Source of the DNA: Bacteroidaceae bacterium | Lineage (GTDB): Bacteria; Bacteroidota; Bacteroidia; Bacteroidales; Bacteroidaceae | Direction: 5' to 3' | Assembly: GCA_017547585.1 (NCBI GenBank) | Contig: JAFYPH010000062.1 | Span: 1,593 to 65,592, forward strand | DNA length: 64,000 nucleotides | In this document: one piece after another, positions 55,348 through 64,000 of the stretch | Layout: every line of letters starts with the position of its first letter | Numbering within the stretch: position 1 is the first letter of the stretch | The notes under the pieces: generated by a model | The model's database searches: none | Told to the model about the DNA's origin: nothing | What the model saw: only the letters and a program-made list of their open reading frames with translations | Program-made: the position numbers and the translations under genes

Positions 55348-56411
55348 GAAACATTGCGATTGTAGCATCCATATTGCTTGCACTGCTTGCATCGTGTGCG
55401 GGTGGTGAGGCCTATTATAATATCAGCGGCGCCGGCGTTGAGGCGGGCGACACGCTGTACCTCTATGGCCTCGACCGTCGCTACGAATATATGGATACTA
55501 TTCTTGCCGATGAAGAGGGTGCTTTCGATTATGATGTTTACGCCGATACGGTGTTCCCTTTGAGTCTGCTGATGCCTTCGGGCAAGGCCATTCTGCTTTT
55601 CGCCGAGCCTGCAACTGCGGCAACGGTTGTCCCCGACAGCGTGCAGCAGGGAAAATGGATGGTGAAGGGTGGCCGCTTGCAGCATCTGTATGACAGCATG
55701 GCTGCGCGCATAGAGAGCCTGCCTCTTGCCAAACGTTTCGAGGAGATTGACAGCTTTGTGCGTCGCGACCCGATGAACGAGGTTAACATTATGCTGTGGA
55801 GACGCTACCTTGTAGAGTCGCCCAAGCCCGAAATGCGCAACATGCGCAGTGTCGCCAATCTCTTTGGCGGCAGACTGAACGACGATGATTATGTTGAAGA
55901 TTTTCAGGAGCTTGTAGACAAGAAACGCTCGTTGGCGACAGTAATATATTCGTCGGTGCCTGTGTTCAACTTTGTTGCAATCGACGACTCTACAAAAATA
56001 TCAAATGCCCGATACAGAGAGAAATTCCTTGTGCTCAACTTCTGGGCTTCGTGGGATTCCCTCTCGTGTGAGCGCATGAAGCAGATGAGCAGCATGTACG
56101 TACGTTTCAAGGCCGATGAGCTTATGATGCTTAACGTGTCGCTCGACCACGATACGGCGCAGTGGCGCCAAAAGGTGCTTGCCGACTCTATCCTCGGCGA
56201 CAATGTGTGCGACCTTAAAATGTGGGACAATATTCTTGTAAAAAGATACGACGTCAACAGCTTGCCCTATTCCGTGCTTGTGAATCCGCAGCTGCTGAAC
56301 ATCAGCTACGATACGAATCCCGAGAAACTCGACGCGTCGCTGGATTCCATCATGGGTGTTTATAAAAAGAATAAAGAGACGAGCGACAAACGCCGTAAAA
56401 AGAAAAAATAG
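55344..56411 (+). CDS. Thioredoxin-fold (TlpA/AhpC-like) lipoprotein with a degenerate active-site motif
   Basis: Lipobox LLASCAG. The C-terminal thioredoxin-like domain reads FLVLNFWASWDSLSCERM, where TlpA proteins have WCxxC. The ATGA start overlaps the typA stop. Confidence 0.65.
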   Translation: MRNIAIVASILLALLASCAGGEAYYNISGAGVEAGDTLYLYGLDRRYEYMDTILADEEGAFDYDVYADTVFPLSLLMPSGKAILLFAEPATAATVVPDSVQQGKWMVKGGRLQHLYDSMAARIESLPLAKRFEEIDSFVRRDPMNEVNIMLWRRYLVESPKPEMRNMRSVANLFGGRLNDDDYVEDFQELVDKKRSLATVIYSSVPVFNFVAIDDSTKISNARYREKFLVLNFWASWDSLSCERMKQMSSMYVRFKADELMMLNVSLDHDTAQWRQKVLADSILGDNVCDLKMWDNILVKRYDVNSLPYSVLVNPQLLNISYDTNPEKLDASLDSIMGVYKKNKETSDKRRKKKK

Positions 56412-56420
56412 ATTCGCTGA

Positions 56421-57959
56421 ATGTTAGTAAAGGTGTATGCGGCAGCATTGCAGGGGGTAAATGCCATACAGGTTACCATCGAAGTGAACGCGCTTCGCGG
56501 TATCCGCTTTTTCCTTGTGGGCCTGCCCGACAATGCCGTGAAAGAGAGTCACGAACGCATAAGGTCGGCACTCGAATTCAACGGACTGAAATTCCCAAGC
56601 AAACAGATTGTCGTAAATATGGCCCCGGCGGACATACGCAAAGAGGGCTCGGCCTACGACCTTCCCATAGCCATTGGAATCCTTGCGGCCGATGGGGTAG
56701 TGTCGGCCGAACGCCTGGGCAAATATATGATAATGGGAGAGCTTGGCCTCGACGGAGGACTCGTGCCCATAAAAGGAGCGCTGCCCATTGCACTGAAGGC
56801 TGCCGAGAGTGGCTACGAGGGTGTCATCCTGCCCGCCGAAAATGCAGCCGAGGCAGCCGTCGTCGGAGATATTAAAGTGTACGCCGCCGAAAATCTGATG
56901 CAGGTGATACGCTTCCTCAACGGCGAGGAGGGAATGACCTCCTACACTATGGACGTCGAGCGAGAATTCTACTCGCGACAGAGTAATTTTGAATTTGATT
57001 TTTCCGAGGTGCGCGGACAAGAGAGCGTGAAGCGTGCCTTCGAGGTTGCCGCCGCCGGCGGACACAACCTTATAATGATAGGCCCTCCCGGTAGCGGAAA
57101 GTCGATGATGGCCAAGAGACTGCCCTCGATACTGCCTCCGCTGACACTGCAGGAGAGTCTCGAAACAACAAAGATACACTCGGTGAGCGGATGCCTGACG
57201 GGTGGCGCGTCGCTCATTACGCAGCGTCCGTTCCGCAGCCCCCACCACACAATATCCTCTGTGGCACTCGTCGGTGGCGGCGCCAATCCCAAGCCCGGCG
57301 AAATTTCACTCGCCCACAATGGAGTGCTTTTCCTCGACGAGCTTCCCGAATTCAACAGAAGCGTCCTCGAGGTTATGCGCCAGCCGCTCGAAGACAGGAA
57401 AATATCCGTCGCACGAGCAAACTACAAAGTAGACTACCCCGCGGGAGTGATGTTCGTGGCCTCCATGAACCCCTGCCCATGCGGCTACTATAATCATCCG
57501 ACGAAGGCCTGTGTGTGCAACCCCGGACAGGTGCAGCGCTACCTTAACCGCATAAGTGGTCCGCTGCTTGATCGCATTGACCTGCAGATTGAGATTGTTC
57601 CCGTACCCTTCGAGAAAATCTCCGACGCGCGCGAGGGCGAGCCCAGCGCAGCCATCCGCGAGCGTGTGATTGCCGCCCGCAAGATACAGGAGGAACGCTT
57701 CAAGAACGAAGAGGGAATATACTGCAACGCACAGATGACCCCCAGACTGTCGAGCCGTTACGCGGTTATCGACGACACCTGCCGCACGCTGCTGCGTACG
57801 GCCATGAATCGCTTCAACCTCTCGGCGCGCGCGTACGATAGAATCGTAAAGGTGGCCCGCACCATCGCCGACCTCGAGGCGAGCGAGAATATACAGAGCC
57901 ACCATATTGCCGAGGCAATAGGCTACCGCAACCTCGACCGCGAAAGTTGGGGAGTGTAG
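56421..57959 (+). CDS. comM: YifB/ComM-family Mg-chelatase-like AAA+ ATPase
   Basis: N-terminal Lon-protease-like domain, Walker A GPPGSGKSM, GVLFLDELPEF, C-terminal ChlI-like domain; 512 aa. Confidence 0.9.
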   Translation: MLVKVYAAALQGVNAIQVTIEVNALRGIRFFLVGLPDNAVKESHERIRSALEFNGLKFPSKQIVVNMAPADIRKEGSAYDLPIAIGILAADGVVSAERLGKYMIMGELGLDGGLVPIKGALPIALKAAESGYEGVILPAENAAEAAVVGDIKVYAAENLMQVIRFLNGEEGMTSYTMDVEREFYSRQSNFEFDFSEVRGQESVKRAFEVAAAGGHNLIMIGPPGSGKSMMAKRLPSILPPLTLQESLETTKIHSVSGCLTGGASLITQRPFRSPHHTISSVALVGGGANPKPGEISLAHNGVLFLDELPEFNRSVLEVMRQPLEDRKISVARANYKVDYPAGVMFVASMNPCPCGYYNHPTKACVCNPGQVQRYLNRISGPLLDRIDLQIEIVPVPFEKISDAREGEPSAAIRERVIAARKIQEERFKNEEGIYCNAQMTPRLSSRYAVIDDTCRTLLRTAMNRFNLSARAYDRIVKVARTIADLEASENIQSHHIAEAIGYRNLDRESWGV

Positions 57960-58168
57960 CGACGCAAGTTCGACAATTCTGGCGGCAGATAATCGGGCGA
58001 AGTGCATACGAAGTTTGCACCGCACGGGATGCCAAAAAGAAAGGATTGTCAAAGTTGGGGGGTGTAGCGACACAAGTTCGACAATCCTGGCGGCAGATAG
58101 TCGGGTGAAGTGCAGACGAAGTTTGCACCGCACGGGATGCCAAAAAGAAAGGATTGTCAAAGTTGGGG
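57943..58168. repeat. 108-bp tandem repeat, 2.1 copies (57943-58050, 58051-58158, partial 58159-58168)
   Basis: Hand alignment gives 102/108 identical between the two full copies. Copy 1 begins within the last five codons of comM and includes its TAG stop. Confidence 0.95.
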
Positions 58169-58228
58169 AAATTAGCAGGGTCGTCAGGCAATTGTAAAAT
58201 GAAAGAATAACATAAAAAATATAATAAA

Positions 58229-59650
<1,422 letters not shown>

Positions 59651-59672
59651 CATAGGACTCTTGAATTTTGCA

Positions 59673-60260
59673 ATGACAAAATCAAAGACAATCTGTGTGT
59701 ATTGCGCATCGAGCAGCCGGGTGGCAAGCCTCTATACTGAGGCTGCCACCCGGCTGGGCTCGTTGATTGCGCGTGCGGGAATGACACTCGTCACGGGTGC
59801 CGGTTGTCAGGGGCTCATGCGCGCCGTCGAGGATGGTGCGCTGGACGAAGGCGGCAAGGCCATTGGAGTAATCCCCCGTTTCATGATAGACGCAGGGTGG
59901 CAGCATCCGGCACTCACAGAGCTGCGCGTCACCGAGAATATGCACGAGCGCAAACAGCTTATGGCCGACCTCTCCGACGCGGTGGTTGCGCTACCCGGCG
60001 GTTGCGGCACCATGGAAGAGCTGCTCGAAATAATCACATGGAAGCAGTTGGGCCTCTATCTGAATCCCATTGTCATTCTCAACGTGGGTGGCTACTACGA
60101 CCATCTTATCAAGCAGCTTGAGCATGCTGTTGAGGAGCATTTTATGGGTGAGATTCACAGCAAAATATGGAGCGTGGCATCTACCCCCGAAGAGGTTCTT
60201 GACATCATCGAGGCTACCCCTGCGTGGGACGCTTCCATAAGAAAATACGCAGCACTATGA
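59673..60260 (+). CDS. LOG-family nucleotide phosphoribohydrolase (TIGR00730-type)
   Basis: Start taken at MTKSKTICVYCASS. PGGCGTMEEL and GYYD motifs. Confidence 0.85.
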   Translation: MTKSKTICVYCASSSRVASLYTEAATRLGSLIARAGMTLVTGAGCQGLMRAVEDGALDEGGKAIGVIPRFMIDAGWQHPALTELRVTENMHERKQLMADLSDAVVALPGGCGTMEELLEIITWKQLGLYLNPIVILNVGGYYDHLIKQLEHAVEEHFMGEIHSKIWSVASTPEEVLDIIEATPAWDASIRKYAAL

Positions 60261-60952
60261 CAGGCACGCCTATCCCCTATTTCTTTGGAAACGACAATCT
60301 GTTGCTTGCGATGTTCCTGCTGAATCTTCTGGGAATATCGTATGTCTTTATTCTCAACGGCGATAGTATATTCCAACGAATAAAAAGTCTATTTTATTAC
60401 AGTCGCAACAGCAAGCCCTACAACAATCAGACGCACATCAATCGTTTCTGCAACGTAATTCTTTACCTGCAGGTGGTGCTCTTCTGCTCGGTGATGGCCT
60501 TTGCCGCGCTCAAATACAACCACGGGGTGGTGGATGCCGGCAGCAGCTACATCTGCTGGGGAATATATATGCTGCTGTTTGCAGTTGTAGTCTTTGCCAA
60601 ACGCCTGATATACGATATTGTAAATGCAATTCTCTTCACTCCGCAACAGACGCGCGAATGGAGAAATTCATATTTCTTTACAATGCAGTTGTCGGGCTTC
60701 ATGCTGTTCCCTCTGGTGCTTGCAATACTCATAATGCCGCATGTTCCGCACAGAGTGTACACTGTGTACCTGGCTGTTACCGCGATAATTTGTTTATTAA
60801 TGTTAATAAGCAGGTGCAAAAAACTTATTTTTATGCAAAAAAACGGTTTTTTGGATATTGTTTTGTACCTTTGCGAGCTTGAAATCTTGCCCACGGCGGT
60901 AATTTTAAAAGCAATAAATGAACTGAACGAATTTTTAACGATAAATTTTTAG
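60257..60952 (+). CDS. Multi-pass membrane protein (DUF4271-like by context)
   Basis: The ATGA start overlaps the LOG stop. About 6 hydrophobic segments. Position just upstream of the hemD-like gene is typical for Bacteroidetes DUF4271 genes. Confidence 0.6.
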   Translation: MTGTPIPYFFGNDNLLLAMFLLNLLGISYVFILNGDSIFQRIKSLFYYSRNSKPYNNQTHINRFCNVILYLQVVLFCSVMAFAALKYNHGVVDAGSSYICWGIYMLLFAVVVFAKRLIYDIVNAILFTPQQTREWRNSYFFTMQLSGFMLFPLVLAILIMPHVPHRVYTVYLAVTAIICLLMLISRCKKLIFMQKNGFLDIVLYLCELEILPTAVILKAINELNEFLTINF

Positions 60953-60956
60953 GACA

Positions 60957-61703
60957 TTGAAGGTAAATAAGATTCTGGTGTCACAGCCAAAACCGACAAC
61001 GGAAAAGTCTCCCTATTTCGATATTGCGGAAAAGCACCGTGTGCAGATAGATTTCCGCTCTTTCATTAAGGTGGAGGGATTGACTGCGAAAGAATTCAGA
61101 CAGCAAAAAGTCTCTATTCCCGGACACACGGCTATCGTGTTCTTATCACGTCATGCTATTGACTACTTTTTTACATTGTGCAAAGATTTGCGTGTAACCA
61201 TTCCCGATGATATGAAGTATTTCTGTCTCTCGGAGACAATTTCTTTGTACATCCAGAAGTATGTGCAGTATCGCAAGAGAAAAGTATTCTTTGGCAACGG
61301 ACATATTCAGGACCTTGCTCCTTTGTTTGCGAAACATAAGAACGAGCGTTACTTTGTGCCTATGTCCAACCTTAATAACGACGAACTTTGCAAGATGTTC
61401 GACGCTTATGGCATTGAGCACTCTCAGGCTGAAATGTATCGCACGGTAAGCAACGACTTCGATCCCGAATTTATCGATCAGTATGACATGCTTATCTTCT
61501 TCAGCCCTCACGGAATTGAGTCGTTGTTCAAGAATGTACCCAACTTCGAGCAGGGCGACAAGCTCATTGCTTGCTTCGGAAAGGTTACTGCCGATGCTAT
61601 CCGCAATGCGGGTCTGCGTCTCGACCTCGAGGCTCCCACAGTGGAGGCTACTTCGATGACTGCTGCCCTCGACCAGTACCTTGCAAAAATTCAGAAACAG
61701 TAA
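60957..61703 (+). CDS. hemD: Uroporphyrinogen-III synthase-like (HemD family) protein
   Basis: 248 aa with an apparent TTG start. ILVSQPKP...SPYFDI...FRSFIKVEG...AIVFLSRHAIDYFF is the conserved Bacteroidetes HemD-like N-terminus. Confidence 0.7.
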   Translation: MKVNKILVSQPKPTTEKSPYFDIAEKHRVQIDFRSFIKVEGLTAKEFRQQKVSIPGHTAIVFLSRHAIDYFFTLCKDLRVTIPDDMKYFCLSETISLYIQKYVQYRKRKVFFGNGHIQDLAPLFAKHKNERYFVPMSNLNNDELCKMFDAYGIEHSQAEMYRTVSNDFDPEFIDQYDMLIFFSPHGIESLFKNVPNFEQGDKLIACFGKVTADAIRNAGLRLDLEAPTVEATSMTAALDQYLAKIQKQ

Positions 61704-61719
61704 AAAGAGACAGATTATA

Positions 61720-61757
61720 GGCTACCCTGTTATTCGAGCATAATAGGGTAGCTTTTT
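61720..61757 (+). terminator. Rho-independent terminator after the hemD-like gene
   Basis: Stem gctaccct / agggtagc followed by ttttt. Confidence 0.7.
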
Positions 61758-61837
61758 GTTTAAGAAGCTGTTCGAAATTTCTTTCACGAAAAACTATGAG
61801 CGTGAATTTGGGCAGTTTCTAAAAATGTGTCGAGAAG

Positions 61838-62233
61838 ATGGAAAAGAACAATAAATTTACGAAAAGTGAGCGCCTGTCGCGCAAGGCTGTTATTGACCGA
61901 CTGTACGCCGAGGGGCGTTCGGTGGCGGCTTTCCCCCTGCGTGCCGTCTATCTTCCCCTCGAGCCCGAAGAGGGCGAGCCCACTGTTTCCATACTCATTG
62001 CCGTTTCTAAAAAACGTTTCCGTCACGCTGTCGACCGCAACCTCGTCAAGCGTCGTTTGCGCGAGGCCTATCGTCTGAACAAGCATCCTTTTGCCGAGGC
62101 GTTGCAGCAGAAGGGGTGTCGCATGGCAGTGGCCATCCTCTATCTTGACAAGCAGCACCATTCGTTCGTTAATCTGCAGGCGCGCCTGAAAAAACTCATG
62201 CAGGCGATAATCACAAAAGAGTTTGAGCAATGA
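61838..62233 (+). CDS. rnpA: Ribonuclease P protein component
   Basis: 131 aa, basic. The region [22 protein letters not shown] is the RNR-type motif of RnpA. Confidence 0.85.
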   Translation: MEKNNKFTKSERLSRKAVIDRLYAEGRSVAAFPLRAVYLPLEPEEGEPTVSILIAVSKKRFRHAVDRNLVKRRLREAYRLNKHPFAEALQQKGCRMAVAILYLDKQHHSFVNLQARLKKLMQAIITKEFEQ

Positions 62234-62451
62234 GACGCTTCTTTGTGTGGCTGCTGATTCTTCCAATAAAATTCTATCAGCGCTGCATCTCCCCAATGAC
62301 TCCTCCGTCGTGTCGTTTCACGCCCACCTGTTCGCAATATGCAATAGAGGCCCTGCGCAAGCATGGAGTCTTTAAAGGACTCTACCTTGCTGTGCGACGC
62401 ATTCTGCGCTGCCACCCGTGGGGCGGCTCGGGTTACGACCCCGTTCCCTGA
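62230..62451 (+). CDS. yidD: Membrane protein insertion efficiency factor YidD
   Basis: 73 aa; YQRCISP...[14 protein letters not shown]...HG...G..L...RILRCHPW is a canonical YidD sequence. 4-nt overlap with rnpA. Confidence 0.9.
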   Translation: MRRFFVWLLILPIKFYQRCISPMTPPSCRFTPTCSQYAIEALRKHGVFKGLYLAVRRILRCHPWGGSGYDPVP

Positions 62452-62454
62452 AAG

Positions 62455-64000
62455 TTATTTTATTATTACTCCAAACTCGGCAACCGTGTATGTTCCGCTG
62501 TTGTCGGTAGTCTCTGTCGGCTCAATCTTTATGAAGCGGACGTTGCGCGCGCTCGCGAATCTTATATTCTGCGCAGTGGGGTTGTTGCGGATGTTCTCGA
62601 ACTCTCTGTCGCCGCCATCCTGCTCCCACGTTTCGCCGTCGAGGCTTGTGTATAAGCGATACTTTGTAATTGTACCCTCGCCATTCACTTTACCGGCAGG
62701 GACGTATGCGAATCCTTTGATGTTTTTTGTCTCTGTGAGGTCGATGGTCAGCGGTTGCATATCCTTGCTTCTCCAGACGGTCTCAATGTCGTTGTCGAAT
62801 ATTCTTCGGCCGTCGTTGCCGGGTGTCGCCCACGCTGACGAAGAGAAATATTCTTTGGCATTGTTACTGTTGGCGCCAAGCTCGGGACACATAAAGAGTC
62901 CCGTGCGCAGAATTTCGGCTGTGCGGCGGCTCTCTTCGATGGTGATGCGTAGCTCTTCGGCGGTAGTCTCCGAGAAGCGCAGCAGGCGCTTGTAGCCGAT
63001 GGTTGTTCCTCGGCCGACGGTTATCCACTGCCCGTCGATGAGAAGCTCCACCTTGAATTTCTCTACACGCTGTCCTTTGGCAATATTCTCCTGCAACATC
63101 ACACAGTTTATTTTCGTGCCATCCTTTATCCTATAGGTGACGCTTTCGCCTGCATTAATCTTCTTTACTCTGCTACCGCCCTTTACAAAATCCTCGGCAA
63201 AGGCGTTGCGCAGATAGTCGCCAAACTCCTTCAGACGCACCGAGTCGGTGGGGTGTACCTTTCCTTCGGTTGTCGGGGGAATGTTCAGCAGCAGCGAAGA
63301 GTTGCTGCCCACCGATGAGAAATAGATGTCCACGAGGTTTTTTAGTGAGCGCACGTAGTTATTCTGGCTCTCGTGGTAGAACCATCCTGGACGAATGGAA
63401 ACATCGGTCTCCGATGCGTACCAGAAGAGCTCTTTGGCGTTTGCGATGAGGTCGCGGCTGCCAAGGTCGCGGCTCGTCTCGTCAATCTTGAGCTCTTTTC
63501 TTATCTCTTCGGAGTTTCCATATACTTTGGGTGCGAGCGGTGTTACGTTCCACTCCGACTCGCGGCCTTTGCCACTCTCGTTGCCCACCCAGCGGATGTC
63601 GTCGCCGCAGATGGCTGTCACCGCCTCGGGCTGCAGACGGTGGATAGTCTCTGTCACCGCCTTCCAGTCGTACACCTGTACCTTGCCGTTGGGGCCTTCG
63701 CCGCATGCTCCGTCGAACCACACTTCGCTCACTTCGCCATACTCTGTGAGCAGCTCCGTCAGCTGGTTGATGAAGTATTTGTTGTACTCGGGCGAGTCGC
63801 CGTAAGAGGGTGCGTTTCTGTCCCAGGGCGACAGATAGACTCCGAACTTGATGCCGTGCTTGCGGCAGGCGTCGCTAATCTCCTTTACAATGTCTCCCTT
63901 GTAGGGCGAGTTTTTCACGCTGTGCTCGGTAAACTTCGAGGGCCACAGACAGAATCCATCGTGGTGCTTGCAGGTGAGAATGATGAGCTTGAAGCCTCCG
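62455..64000 (-). CDS. Alpha-L-fucosidase (GH29) with a C-terminal F5/8 type C (discoidin) domain; the N-terminus lies beyond the window end
   Basis: The reverse-strand frame stays open past the track start. Bases 63919-64000 encode ...GGFKLIILTCKHHDGFCLWPSKFTEHSV, a GH29 signature. Downstream are WFDGA and a C-terminal discoidin-like domain. Confidence 0.85.
   Translation of the reverse strand, partial: GGFKLIILTCKHHDGFCLWPSKFTEHSVKNSPYKGDIVKEISDACRKHGIKFGVYLSPWDRNAPSYGDSPEYNKYFINQLTELLTEYGEVSEVWFDGACGEGPNGKVQVYDWKAVTETIHRLQPEAVTAICGDDIRWVGNESGKGRESEWNVTPLAPKVYGNSEEIRKELKIDETSRDLGSRDLIANAKELFWYASETDVSIRPGWFYHESQNNYVRSLKNLVDIYFSSVGSNSSLLLNIPPTTEGKVHPTDSVRLKEFGDYLRNAFAEDFVKGGSRVKKINAGESVTYRIKDGTKINCVMLQENIAKGQRVEKFKVELLIDGQWITVGRGTTIGYKRLLRFSETTAEELRITIEESRRTAEILRTGLFMCPELGANSNNAKEYFSSSAWATPGNDGRRIFDNDIETVWRSKDMQPLTIDLTETKNIKGFAYVPAGKVNGEGTITKYRLYTSLDGETWEQDGGDREFENIRNNPTAQNIRFASARNVRFIKIEPTETTDNSGTYTVAEFGVIIK

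Noticed and set aside
53476-55392. 638-aa minus-strand ORF opposite typA
   Set aside because: A shadow ORF antisense to a canonical translational GTPase gene, with no recognisable domain.
57960-58228. SAH riboswitch upstream of ahcY
   Set aside because: The tract ggagtgtagcgac superficially resembles the GGAGCGCUGCGAC core of SAH riboswitches. However, the required complementary segments for the P2 stem and the pseudoknot are absent, and the similarity lies in a tandem repeat that begins inside comM.

Overview
This is a chromosomal segment from a Bacteroidales-type genome. The taxon call rests on three things: TAnnTTTG -7 promoter boxes upstream of many genes, no Shine-Dalgarno sequences, and lipoprotein or signal peptides on many CAZymes. 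I cannot name a species. About 55 protein genes, one tRNA-Gln and no rRNA are supported.

Housekeeping content:
- RelA/SpoT
- pstSCAB plus a porin, divergent from a PhoB/PhoR-like pair
- uvrA
- ilvD-ilvB-ilvN-ilvC
- nnr, bcp, PPIase, MscS
- rpsO, typA, comM/yifB, ahcY, a LOG-family gene, a hemD-like gene, rnpA, yidD

Scattered single glycoside hydrolases (GH36-like, GH2, GH78-like, GHL10, GH27, GH29) occur with no SusC/SusD pair. No integrase, transposase, CRISPR array or cas gene is visible.

Observations most worth follow-up:
1. A low-GC (about 32-41% in hand-counted samples) cassette of four small membrane or zinc-ribbon proteins at 27.1-29.0 kb. It sits between the uvrA terminator and a TonB-dependent receptor / YddA-like ABC pair and is probably co-transcribed with them.
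2. An unannotated 19-aa Leu/Val/Ile-rich leader peptide with a terminator and possible antiterminator in front of ilvD.
3. A block at 38.9-42.3 kb carrying a translationally coupled YhhQ transporter and a small CX4CX2C radical-SAM enzyme, a lyase-like lipoprotein and a WYL regulator. The block ends at a truncated PepSY-like gene remnant.
4. A perfect 63-bp direct repeat that duplicates a whole promoter in front of an orphan operon of two FdtA-like genes and an aminotransferase.
5. A 108-bp tandem repeat (2.1 copies) starting inside the last codons of comM.
6. A conserved leader element of about 22 nt, followed by a second CACTCG box about three helical turns downstream, shared by three unlinked glycoside hydrolase promoters.

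All functional calls come from motif recognition in the supplied translations. No database search was possible.
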